In this document: piece by piece, positions 28,995-37,631 of the stretch
Layout: the number at the start of each line of letters is the position of its first letter
Numbering within the stretch: position 1 is the stretch's first letter
From: a virus
Strand: one strand, 5' to 3'
Length of the DNA: 64,000 bases
IMG/VR virus record: IMGVR_UViG_3300029825_000003
Span: 1 to 64,000 of that record
Made by a program: the position numbers and the translations under genes
Notes under the pieces: generated by a model
Told to the model about the DNA's origin: nothing
Seen by the model: the letters and a program-made list of their open reading frames with translations, nothing else
Databases searched by the model: none

Positions 28995-29106
28995 TTTATC
29001 GTGAAGCTGTCTTCCGGGTTTGAACCTGGAGGGGGGGGATTGTGGGGTAGTCTTTTTTGGGTGAAGAAAGAGACTTATCCAAACCCTTCATAAGACAGCA
29101 TTAAGC

Positions 29107-29265
29107 TCAAATTTTAACAGATATCGGCTTGATGCCTTTTTCAATGTGCAGGGATTCAAGCCCCCTTCTCACGATATCCCGTTTTGCTTCTGCTACTGAT
29201 TTGTACATCACCGGTACAAGCCTTTCAAGTTCTGTGTTTTGAATATCTGTTAAATCTTTGTCCAT
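29107..29265 (-). CDS. 52-aa RHH-like regulator, first gene of the leftward transcript
   Basis: MDKDLTDIQNTELERLVPVMYKSVAEAKRDIVRRGLESL; helix-helix of RHH type. Confidence 0.55.
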   Translation of the reverse strand: MDKDLTDIQNTELERLVPVMYKSVAEAKRDIVRRGLESLHIEKGIKPISVKI

Positions 29266-29277
29266 TTAGATACTACC

Positions 29278-29302
29278 TAATCAGTAATAATCTTACTGAT
29301 TA
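29278..29302. promoter_or_regulatory. Operator-like inverted repeat TAATCAGTAA-N5-TTACTGATTA between divergent regulators
   Basis: Perfect 10-bp IR; TATA-like TTATAAAT at about 29323. Confidence 0.7.
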
Positions 29303-29345
29303 CTACTAAGTAGGTAATACTATTATAAATACCTTATCTTTTTGT

Positions 29346-29792
29346 TTGAGTTATACCACTAATAGAATACTATATGGGTGTGGAAAGGATACTTTATACC
29401 ACTATAAAGGTATCATGAAACTTATATATAGAATCCTCTCTAATTCGGTATCGATGACAGAAGAAGTAGAATCGTCGGGGAACGTAATCAAAACATCAGT
29501 TTCTTTACCACCATATTTATACGAATGGCTCCAATCCGTAGTGAAATCCAATAAATCTAAATTTCCGTCAAACTCATCGGTTGTAGTAATTGCACTCGCG
29601 GAACTCAAAGGCAAAATAGATTCTAAAGATATGATCACCGCCTCACATAAAAACGAACGTTCTGATTTCGAGATGTTCTTAGATACATACTTCCAAACTG
29701 AGGAAGGTATTGAATATTTGAAAAAATTAATGTCAAAAGAACACAACGATTTGCCAAAAAACGGTTTCAAAAGACGTATATTTTTAGAATAA
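29346..29792 (+). CDS. Ribbon-helix-helix (CopG/Arc-like) repressor (likely start 29454, MTEEV)
   Basis: KTSVSLPPYLYEWLQSVV...FPSNSSVVVIAL. Confidence 0.7.
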   Translation: MSYTTNRILYGCGKDTLYHYKGIMKLIYRILSNSVSMTEEVESSGNVIKTSVSLPPYLYEWLQSVVKSNKSKFPSNSSVVVIALAELKGKIDSKDMITASHKNERSDFEMFLDTYFQTEEGIEYLKKLMSKEHNDLPKNGFKRRIFLE

Positions 29793-29925
29793 TCCTATTT
29801 ATATTCAATATCTAATATATGTAGTCGTTTTTGAGAGTATACCGAAAACAGCATATACATTGATACTGCATTTTTATTTTTGGTGATTTCTATAAAAACG
29901 GCTATTCTTAAATATGGTATAAAAA

Positions 29926-30201
29926 ATGCATGGTATTGTAATAGATCCTATTCATGACACTAGGTTTGTCGTCAATGTACTCATAATAGCAGATGAATAC
30001 GAACGCGACGACAAACTGTATGATGTTATGATAACGGACGTGGTAACAGAAGATCAATTTATACAAGATATTAAAAAACGGGTCAATTGCCTGGATAAAC
30101 CCCCATCTGAAATCAGGGAGTTTCTACGAAACGAAATGAGAATATCAGCGTCATACGCGGATGAACTCATGGGACGCATTGTGAAAGTAGAATCACTGTA
30201 A
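29926..30201 (+). CDS. Hypothetical protein
   Basis: ORF. Confidence 0.6.
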   Translation: MHGIVIDPIHDTRFVVNVLIIADEYERDDKLYDVMITDVVTEDQFIQDIKKRVNCLDKPPSEIREFLRNEMRISASYADELMGRIVKVESL

Positions 30202-30363
30202 TTCAGTGCCCGCCGAGAAGAGGCCTCAGTCCTGGTAAGATAGAAATCTTCTCAACGAGCACATGTAGTACATCATACTAATATATAATTGTAATTATAT
30301 AAGTGTTAATCATTATACAAGTTTCAATTTCTTTTGAAATAACTCTTTCATCAATCCCATTAA

Positions 30364-30960
30364 TCACGTTTTCACTTTCGATTGCGTTCTATTTTTTCTC
30401 GAATATGCCTTTCTGCATTTATCTGAACATGTCTCTTTTCGCGGGTTCGCAGTTTCAAACAGTTCCCCACAATATTTACACGTTTTTTTAATCAATTCTG
30501 ACAAATTACCCCGTATTACCTCTGTATTACTTGGTATTACGCTCGCAGGAGACTCAATCTGCTTGTATTCCATACTTTTAAAATAATACGTAAAAATACG
30601 GAGATCTTCGATTTCTCTGTTCAAATCAGCTATTCGCCTGTCTTTTTCCTCAAGTAATTCGCGTATTATGCGAGTCTGAGCGCGTAATTCATAGAGTTCT
30701 GGGGAGTCCCGTATTTCGTTTGTCTTACTTGAAATATTCTGTAAGTCACGCGTAAGACGTTGTATTTCTTTGTCTTTCTCTTGTATTACCGATTCAAAAA
30801 AAGAAGTCGATTGATATGTATTACTTAGTATTATTTCCAAGCTTTGTGTAATACAGTCAGTTTTATCATCGAATTTTTTAAGTTTTACAGCTTCTAAGAG
30901 TTTATTATGTAAGAGGGTTGGGATCTTAGCTGATATTGACGTTTTTGGTTCTTCCTGCAT
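30364..30960 (-). CDS. RHH + coiled coil + C-terminal zinc finger protein
   Basis: TSISAKIPTLLHNKL...KTDCITQSL; CKYCG...TCSDKCR. Confidence 0.75.
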   Translation of the reverse strand: MQEEPKTSISAKIPTLLHNKLLEAVKLKKFDDKTDCITQSLEIILSNTYQSTSFFESVIQEKDKEIQRLTRDLQNISSKTNEIRDSPELYELRAQTRIIRELLEEKDRRIADLNREIEDLRIFTYYFKSMEYKQIESPASVIPSNTEVIRGNLSELIKKTCKYCGELFETANPRKETCSDKCRKAYSRKNRTQSKVKT

Positions 30961-31030
30961 GATAGCGTATTACACTGTAATACTTAAGAAAGTTACGAAA
31001 TTGTTAAAAAATGATTAAAAAATAGTGATT

Positions 31031-31369
31031 TTAATTATTTAAAGAATATATTTTTCTATCTGAATCCCACTGACATAAAGCAAACCGCCCGTCAACTACT
31101 TTATTGTACCATATTTTAAACGTGAAATCCTCAAATCTTACTACATACGCTTTTTCTTTTAATTCTTTCGAGAGCCATATTTGAGTTTCCTCTCGAATTC
31201 TCTGCACAGCTTTATCTATATTTTCCACTAAAACTGCATTAACCCATGTAGGGGCTGCGTATGATAAGTCAGTACAATACTTTGAGTATGAAATTGTATG
31301 CAGGTCTTCGTTTTTGATATAAGTTAGTTCTCCAAGACACGCGACTAACATTATTCCTCCTTCTTGCAC
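31031..31369 (-). CDS. Hypothetical protein (likely start MLVAC)
   Basis: ORF, GGAGG RBS. Confidence 0.55.
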   Translation of the reverse strand: MQEGGIMLVACLGELTYIKNEDLHTISYSKYCTDLSYAAPTWVNAVLVENIDKAVQRIREETQIWLSKELKEKAYVVRFEDFTFKIWYNKVVDGRFALCQWDSDRKIYSLNN

Positions 31370-31533
31370 TCTTTTAACTTTTTTTGTAATAACTCTATTT
31401 CTACGCCTCTTCTTTTATATCCTTCTATTATCTGTCGCAAAATTGCATCATCCGAAGGAGATCCAAATTCAATACCGATTTCTCTTATTTCGTTTAAAGT
31501 CCATTCACCGATTCGTATAGGTTTTGTTTCCAT
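31351..31533 (-). CDS. RHH-like regulator with coiled coil
   Basis: KPIRIGEWTLNEIREIG...SDDAILRQII. Confidence 0.6.
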   Translation of the reverse strand: METKPIRIGEWTLNEIREIGIEFGSPSDDAILRQIIEGYKRRGVEIELLQKKLKECKKEE

Positions 31534-31565
31534 ACTCCTTAAAGTGTAAAAAGGGGTATATATAA

Positions 31566-31604
31566 CTACTTATTGTAGTAAAATATGCTACAAATTGTAG
31601 TAAA
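31566..31604. promoter_or_regulatory. Two tandem operators CTAC-N5-GTAGTAAA (31566, 31588) in a divergent promoter
   Basis: CTACTTATTGTAGTAAA and CTACAAATTGTAGTAAA, 22 bp apart. Confidence 0.65.
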
Positions 31605-31690
31605 CTATAAATACTTTCAAACCTATTACTTATTGCAGGACATAGAACAATGTCCTGACTTCTAATAATCAACTCTAAAGAGGCCAATCA

Positions 31691-32011
31691 ATGAGTGTTT
31701 ATAACCAAACCAAAGCGATCCAGAAAAGAAGCCAGTACGCAAGGTATGGCAGAGATAACAACGTTCTCCTCTTCGAAGAATGGCTCCCAGGAAGAATCGA
31801 AGGTATGAAGAGAAACGGTTTTGACATCAGATCAAAGACCATCAATGGAACTGTTATGGTAGGACTCCAAAAAGGCTGTGAAAAACCTGTTATCATCACT
31901 GAGACACAGTTCAAGGATGAACTGTATAATCAGTATAAGGAGGAATATCTTTCAAGGTTTGGGTTGAACTGTTCAATTCCGTTTGAGGAAAACTCGGGGA
32001 TTATCGCATGA
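31691..32011 (+). CDS. Hypothetical protein
   Basis: ORF. Confidence 0.6.
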   Translation: MSVYNQTKAIQKRSQYARYGRDNNVLLFEEWLPGRIEGMKRNGFDIRSKTINGTVMVGLQKGCEKPVIITETQFKDELYNQYKEEYLSRFGLNCSIPFEENSGIIA

Positions 32012-32133
32012 ACCCCTATTATATCCTCACAACCGGGTCATCCGTGTATACTCGGCGAACAGAAACCGAGGTCCAGAAACTCATCGCTCTTTTTGAGAGG
32101 TGTGGGATGACCTACACAAAGGAGGTCTTTTAA

Positions 32134-32280
32134 ATGCCCCCTGAAGTATGCGGGAACTGTGAATTTTGGATTCGCGTAAACGTTCCCGAACAATTAATGG
32201 GAACCTGTTCAAAATATGAACGCAGGAAACACCGAGACGGTGTCTGTATAAATAAAAGAGCTGCAAAAAATGAATATTGA
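32134..32280 (+). CDS. CxxC-GxC zinc-finger microprotein (48 aa)
   Basis: CGNCEFW...MGTCSKY...GVC; GGAGG upstream. Confidence 0.65.
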   Translation: MPPEVCGNCEFWIRVNVPEQLMGTCSKYERRKHRDGVCINKRAAKNEY

Positions 32281-32452
32281 GGGTCTGGATGGGGGACGAA
32301 TACGCTTATCAAGTGTATTGGGTGGATATGTGGGGGAAAGCACATTATTCAGATATAATATACTCTGAATTAGAGGCTGACAAATTCGCAGATGAGAGGA
32401 TGTATGCGGGGGCAATGCATTATGATCCTCCAAGGGTAATTGTTTTGGAGTT

Positions 32453-32881
32453 ATGAAAATGACTGAAGAAACGCAAATACCGGAATGTTGTAAAAAGTAT
32501 GATGAAGTAACAGGATTAATAACTGAGTTTGAAGACGAACTTTCAAGTTTAAACGAAGAAAAAATACAGGCAGTCGACACTATAACGGAATATCTTCAAA
32601 TTATAAAAAATGCAGATGATCTGAATATCCAGATAGAATTCTTTAAAACTCGAATTATAGAACTTGATAAAGAATTGATGAGTATTCATTCGAGAATGAA
32701 TGATAAACAACATGAGTTGCAGACATTATATGAAAATCAGACAAAGATATTGAAAGAAGTTTATTATACAGGTTATGTAAAAATATTAAGTAATTGGATT
32801 ACCGGAACTGAGCAAAAATGGATTACGAAAGAAGAATATACGAAGTACGAAAAATCCATATTTGTTCAAAGGTTAGTATGA
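32453..32881 (+). CDS. Coiled-coil protein
   Basis: Long heptad pattern. Confidence 0.65.
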   Translation: MKMTEETQIPECCKKYDEVTGLITEFEDELSSLNEEKIQAVDTITEYLQIIKNADDLNIQIEFFKTRIIELDKELMSIHSRMNDKQHELQTLYENQTKILKEVYYTGYVKILSNWITGTEQKWITKEEYTKYEKSIFVQRLV

Positions 32882-32947
32882 AAAGAACTAAGTTTCCTAT
32901 TAAATTATCAATCTTAAATCTCTATTAACAGTATCCTAATAAATCAA

Positions 32948-32977
32948 GTCCGGCTATCAGTGGGGGAATAGTCGGAC
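32948..32977. terminator. Hairpin GTCCGGCTAT-N10-ATAGTCGGAC between convergent units
   Basis: 10-bp stem with one G-U pair. Confidence 0.45.
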
Positions 32978-33141
32978 ATTTCATCTGTTTTTCAGTAAAA
33001 TATCAATCGCCTGAGTAAAAACCTATTCCATTTTGATATTTCCCTCGGCTCGATAATAAGCTTCATGGATTTTCAAAATTTCAACAGGCGTTTTATATCG
33101 ACTTGCCGGAAGAAGATGCCGTTTTTCAATATCAATAAACC

Positions 33142-33492
33142 TTATTTCCCTTCCTCCTTCTTAGGGACAGTCTTAATTAATCTATTATTCCACGCAATAC
33201 AATCATGTATCATCTCTTTTGCCTTTTCCTCGTCAATCGTTCCGTCTTCACCAGGAGCTAACATCCTGAGATAATCAACGAGTTCGTCATCCATATTTAA
33301 CTTCGTAAGCGCGTTCCCGTTCTGTTTTTTGACTGCGTGTATAATTTCTGAGGGGACTATCAATTTGGATAGCCAAATGTCAATATATCCCTTTTTCAAG
33401 AGATATCCTACAAATCCACTAATAGCAACCCCTACAAAAGCCCCACATTTCTCAAGAATTGCTATCGTGGCGTCATCAATTATAATAGACAT
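33142..33492 (-). CDS. Single-TM holin-like membrane protein
   Basis: GAFVGVAISGFVGYLL TM with GxxxG; charged C-terminus. Confidence 0.5.
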   Translation of the reverse strand: MSIIIDDATIAILEKCGAFVGVAISGFVGYLLKKGYIDIWLSKLIVPSEIIHAVKKQNGNALTKLNMDDELVDYLRMLAPGEDGTIDEEKAKEMIHDCIAWNNRLIKTVPKKEEGK

Positions 33493-33567
33493 CTGTCCCT
33501 CATGCGACAGACTGTCTTAAATACTGTCTCAACCTGGCCAATTTCAGTTTTAGAAATTCCACAATCA

Positions 33568-33882
33568 TTAATAATTCTCCTCGATCAAGTTTTTCAGGTC
33601 AGTAAAAACAGGATTACTCAAGATCTCTTTCCCGTCTGCAATCAGTTTCTGGGCTTCCTCGTTTGAGATGTCCCCGTCGCTTGCAGCAAGTTCAAGGGAA
33701 TTTAGTAGGCTACCAAGATTTGAAAGGAGTCCGAGAATAAGCCCGCTCTCTTCTACAAACAATTTTATAGAGTTTTCAGCAAGTCGAAGCTGTGGGGAAA
33801 GTTGTTTTAGTTTCAGAGCAAGTACAGCGGAGGCCGTTGCGAAAAGTACAGTTAAAAGTCCTATAAAAGGTTGCGCGTCCAT
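33568..33882 (-). CDS. Holin-like membrane protein
   Basis: N-terminal TM (FIGLLTVLFATASAVLAL), amphipathic helix, DG.I+.EE motif. Confidence 0.55.
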   Translation of the reverse strand: MDAQPFIGLLTVLFATASAVLALKLKQLSPQLRLAENSIKLFVEESGLILGLLSNLGSLLNSLELAASDGDISNEEAQKLIADGKEILSNPVFTDLKNLIEENY

Positions 33883-33958
33883 ATATACACCTCATAAAAA
33901 AAATATGATATTGTTAATAAAAAAGGAAAATTGATTAGAGTCTCTTGACCAATATTTT

Positions 33959-34501
33959 TCAAACCTTCAAATAGATTTCCATTACTCTTCCCCCAATATG
34001 GGCTTTGAGGTCTTCTGAGAGGTTCATTGCGTCCTGTTCAGAGGTACAAATAATTTGAATACGTGCAGGAGTTCCAACAGGCATCTCTTCTTCTACAGGA
34101 GGTTTACCTGGGTCTACGACAGGATCTGTGACAACGTCTTCATACGAATAAGTGTAAGTACACAATTTCATCAGTGCTTTTGCAGTTCCTGACGTTTTAA
34201 GCCGCCATCGAAGAACCACATCCTTTCCGGCACCCACAAAAATATCAACAGCTTTACTTTTCTGCTGATAACTCGTTTTCCCTTCTTCCCATGTTGCAAG
34301 AGGTTCGGCTTTCCCGTCAAGAGTTATCCAAGCGGTAGCAGTTACCCCGAAGGCAGCCGCCAAAGAGCAACCTATGGAAGAAATTCTTATTTTCTTGCCT
34401 TCTTGCCCTCGAATGGTTACGGTTTTTTGTATGCAGCCCGTCTTTGCACAGTCTTTGTATAGTGTTGTGTACACATTTCTAACATCAGTTACTATGGTCA
34501 T
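33959..34501 (-). CDS. Stand-alone beta-sandwich domain homologous to the repeated domain of the tail protein (putative glycan-binding subunit)
   Basis: GKK.R+...C.LA.A..G.TA.A.+T...SY...I+...V.+...+TS.TA..A.M...+TY aligns with two segments of 38789..43612. Confidence 0.65.
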   Translation of the reverse strand: MTIVTDVRNVYTTLYKDCAKTGCIQKTVTIRGQEGKKIRISSIGCSLAAAFGVTATAWITLDGKAEPLATWEEGKTSYQQKSKAVDIFVGAGKDVVLRWRLKTSGTAKALMKLCTYTYSYEDVVTDPVVDPGKPPVEEEMPVGTPARIQIICTSEQDAMNLSEDLKAHIGGRVMEIYLKV

Positions 34502-35751
34502 TATGCACGCCTCAATATTGTTCTTCTAGGATACTTTTCCTTGATAGTCTTAAGCTCATTTTCCGAACAATCAAACATCAAAAAAGCCGGATTTTCAATT
34601 ACTGGCTCAGGTTTTTCAACAACATTATAAAGATCTCTGACATTTCCAGAATATGAATTCCCCTGAGCTATAACTTTTGTATATTTTTGTGGTTTCAAAT
34701 TACACAATGCAGTACCGGAAGCAGTGCCTACCGTATTACTTCTTTTAGTCCCATTGAAAATATTATTTTTCACAACTGCTGAATATCCTGAACCGGAAGC
34801 AGACACCGAAACGTATTCCCCAAACAAAACACCATACCCGAGACATCGACTAAATGTGTTTTGTTCGACCACTACATCATCCCAGCCCTCACATGTTATT
34901 CCGCCTACACCAGGGATATGATGATAATCTGAATCCATATTTCCACAGTTCGAAAATAGATTATTTCTAACTGTCAACCCCGACGCTGCCGATACGGATT
35001 TGTTAGACGTCCCGATAATCCAGATCCCCGGCCCCCATGTGTCATGCACGTCATTATTTTCTATTATAATATTTCTAGAGGACATTCCAGATGTACTATT
35101 TTCTACCTGCATCCCAGGACTCGATGCCCGCCCTCCATTTTTGTTGATAATATAGTTCCCATGCACATGTCCGCCGTCAACGTGTCGGAGCCTGCATCCT
35201 GAATTTGTCCGGAGTTCCACGTAATTATCAAAGACGTCGATGTTTTGGCCTTTATCGATGTATACCGCATCATGCCCACACCGAACGATTTTATTTTTAT
35301 AATAGTTAACATTTTTTACATTTGTCAGGCGTGCGCCGTCCCCCATACTGTCATGGATATGACAATCATGTATTGAGATGCCGGATGCTCCTGAGAGTCC
35401 TATGAAATTGTGAAATCCTTTTCCGAGAATTGTAGTTTGATTATTTGAATTTCCATCAAATGTCAATCCTGAAAACTCAAACCCCGTTCCTCCATAGACT
35501 TTAGAACCGATAACGGGAGTCATCGAGGGAAAAATGGAAGTAGAAATGTGATCTTTTAGCCGGAAGACTGTATTATTTCCGGAGAGTTTCACACCAGGGA
35601 AGAATTTAACAGGGGATGCAATTTCAATATCATTTGTGGAAAAAATAAATTCAGTAGGCGTGTTGCCTGCGGTATTAATGAGATTTTGTAATTTTTGTGA
35701 GGAATCAATAGAAGAACCTACAGAGACGGTTTTCATATTAAGAAGTAACAC
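34501..35751 (-). CDS. Disaggregatase-related beta-helix protein without signal peptide (putative endolysin equivalent)
   Basis: GKGFHNFI, DSMGDG, CGHDA, RTNSGCR, WGPGIW, GGIT...+EQN.F; TAATG-coupled to 33959..34501. Confidence 0.8.
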   Translation of the reverse strand: MLLLNMKTVSVGSSIDSSQKLQNLINTAGNTPTEFIFSTNDIEIASPVKFFPGVKLSGNNTVFRLKDHISTSIFPSMTPVIGSKVYGGTGFEFSGLTFDGNSNNQTTILGKGFHNFIGLSGASGISIHDCHIHDSMGDGARLTNVKNVNYYKNKIVRCGHDAVYIDKGQNIDVFDNYVELRTNSGCRLRHVDGGHVHGNYIINKNGGRASSPGMQVENSTSGMSSRNIIIENNDVHDTWGPGIWIIGTSNKSVSAASGLTVRNNLFSNCGNMDSDYHHIPGVGGITCEGWDDVVVEQNTFSRCLGYGVLFGEYVSVSASGSGYSAVVKNNIFNGTKRSNTVGTASGTALCNLKPQKYTKVIAQGNSYSGNVRDLYNVVEKPEPVIENPAFLMFDCSENELKTIKEKYPRRTILRRA

Positions 35752-35848
35752 GAATGAGTATAAAAGAGAAAATTAAATTATTTAGTATAGTTTATAAAAA
35801 TAATAAGAGAGTTAAATAGTTAAAGGTTGGTCATTGTTAAATACTGTA

Positions 35849-35867
35849 ATGTACTATAATAGTACAT
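35849..35867. promoter_or_regulatory. Palindrome ATGTACTA-TAA-TAGTACAT abutting an ATG; TTAAATA box upstream
   Basis: Perfect 8-bp IR. Confidence 0.7.
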
Positions 35868-36020
35868 ATGAGTACAAAAAATATTATCCAAGTCGATTGT
35901 GGAGAATGTAATATACAATCACTTGGAAGGATTTCGATAAAGAAATATATGAAAAGGCATGGATTGAAAGATGGTGATACTGTAAAGGTGATACTTGAAG
36001 TTAAGGAAAGTGAAAAATAA
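35868..36020 (+). CDS. 50-aa AbrB/MazE-like regulator
   Basis: GRISIKKYMKRHGLKDGDTVKVILE. Confidence 0.65.
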   Translation: MSTKNIIQVDCGECNIQSLGRISIKKYMKRHGLKDGDTVKVILEVKESEK

Positions 36021-36412
36021 TGGAAGAAAACGAAGTCGCTATAGCTTTTCCATTAGATGATTACCATGTAGAAAAAATAAATAAACTCTGGAAAGCAAAT
36101 AAAATTAACTACGCTGATTTCAAATTCATTCCTATTCAGTACAATTCTATCATGGGTGAATATCTAAATGAATATGATATCCAACTTGAAACTAATGTGC
36201 CTCATATAGTCCTTGTTATACGACTGTATGATAATGTAAATCATGATAAAATTCAAAAATGGTTTGAATCTGAAGGTTTCAAGATAGTAGGGATCAGTGA
36301 GACAATTACATGCGCTGAATGGCACAATGGGATTAAATTTGAACAAGTTTATGCAACTGAAACTACAAAATATAAACATACAAACACTATCAAAAGAAGA
36401 GACATACAATGA
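36020..36412 (+). CDS. Hypothetical protein
   Basis: ORF coupled by TAATG. Confidence 0.65.
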   Translation: MEENEVAIAFPLDDYHVEKINKLWKANKINYADFKFIPIQYNSIMGEYLNEYDIQLETNVPHIVLVIRLYDNVNHDKIQKWFESEGFKIVGISETITCAEWHNGIKFEQVYATETTKYKHTNTIKRRDIQ

Positions 36413-36783
36413 AATGCGAATCATGCCAAACCGAATTTACCGGAGAAGCCTGTCCAAATTGTGGACTCAAACCGCATAAACAACGCTGTAAAAGCTGTTC
36501 TAAAAAGTTTTACTCTAGTTATCTAAAAGGAGGCTTCTGTCCTGATTGTTTTGGAATGTTAAAAGACGTCCCATATAAAAGCCCTCTTCTTGCGTTTGTG
36601 TTTTCAATTATACCCGGAGCTGGTCATGTTTATTTAGGAATGAAAGAACGAGGGGCAGGTTGTTTTCTGCTGTTTTGTATTTCATTCTTGACCTTGATAG
36701 GATGGATTTTTATAATTTTGTTTTCTGGAATTGATGCTTATATTTTAGCAAATCAAATGAATAGGTTGGATGGATATGAATGA
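36409..36783 (+). CDS. Double zinc ribbon + TM2/NINE-like membrane protein
   Basis: CxxC pairs; KSP.LA...S.IPGAGH.YLG...RG. Confidence 0.8.
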   Translation: MKCESCQTEFTGEACPNCGLKPHKQRCKSCSKKFYSSYLKGGFCPDCFGMLKDVPYKSPLLAFVFSIIPGAGHVYLGMKERGAGCFLLFCISFLTLIGWIFIILFSGIDAYILANQMNRLDGYE

Positions 36784-36958
36784 AGATAATAAAAGAAATG
36801 CAATTGTACTAGATATCAAACCAAAGAACTCTAAGTTTTTGGATGCCCTGTTACAAGTGGATGGGTGCGATAACCCTCTTTGGATTGAAGTGATTCCAAC
36901 TGTTAAAGTTGGAGATTCCGTTTTTGTAAGCGAGTATTCAGTTAAAAAAATCAATTAA
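36770..36958 (+). CDS. Hypothetical protein
   Basis: ORF. Confidence 0.5.
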   Translation: MDMNEDNKRNAIVLDIKPKNSKFLDALLQVDGCDNPLWIEVIPTVKVGDSVFVSEYSVKKIN

Positions 36959-36969
36959 CGAGAAGAGAT

Positions 36970-37443
36970 TTGATAACTATGACACAACTATACATTGATG
37001 GAATTCGCATTAATGGATTGACATACGATATTGGAATACCTGACATGCGAGAACGTAAAGCTTCTTTTAGTTATTATCTAATTTCTGAAGATGAAGGACA
37101 GATACTTCTTGATAAGGCTATCTATAACGAGAATGAAGTCCATGAGTACTTTTTATCAAACGATTGCCAAACATGGGAATTTCAGGGAGAAGTAAGTAAG
37201 TACAATTTAATTCACGATGAGGTAAACCTTCCAATGGGCTTTTACGTGATGTTTATTGAAGTGGAGTTATGCGGTAAATTTAGGTATACCCGAAATGAAA
37301 AGCTTGTAATTGAAAGGGATTTTACAAATCTGTGGAAGAAAGGGGAGCAAGAGGCAGCTAAAATTTATGAAGAAATAATTAAGAAAAAAGAGTTTGAACA
37401 AAACGCATTGCCTAAAACATATGATGTAAATTTAATAAACTGA
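36970..37443 (+). CDS. Hypothetical protein
   Basis: ORF. Confidence 0.65.
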   Translation: MITMTQLYIDGIRINGLTYDIGIPDMRERKASFSYYLISEDEGQILLDKAIYNENEVHEYFLSNDCQTWEFQGEVSKYNLIHDEVNLPMGFYVMFIEVELCGKFRYTRNEKLVIERDFTNLWKKGEQEAAKIYEEIIKKKEFEQNALPKTYDVNLIN

Positions 37444-37631
37444 CAAGCTGAATTAATCTGCCCTAGTTGTGCAACCGAACTAAAATTTCATTGGAATTTA
37501 GATGTTTGTATTATTGAAGATTGTTATAATTGCCATACAAAATTTAAATTAATACCTGAAGAACTCCAACAAGAGAAGGATTAATTTAAATTACTTTTTT
37601 GTTTCTTTTTTCCACACGCCATAATCTCACC

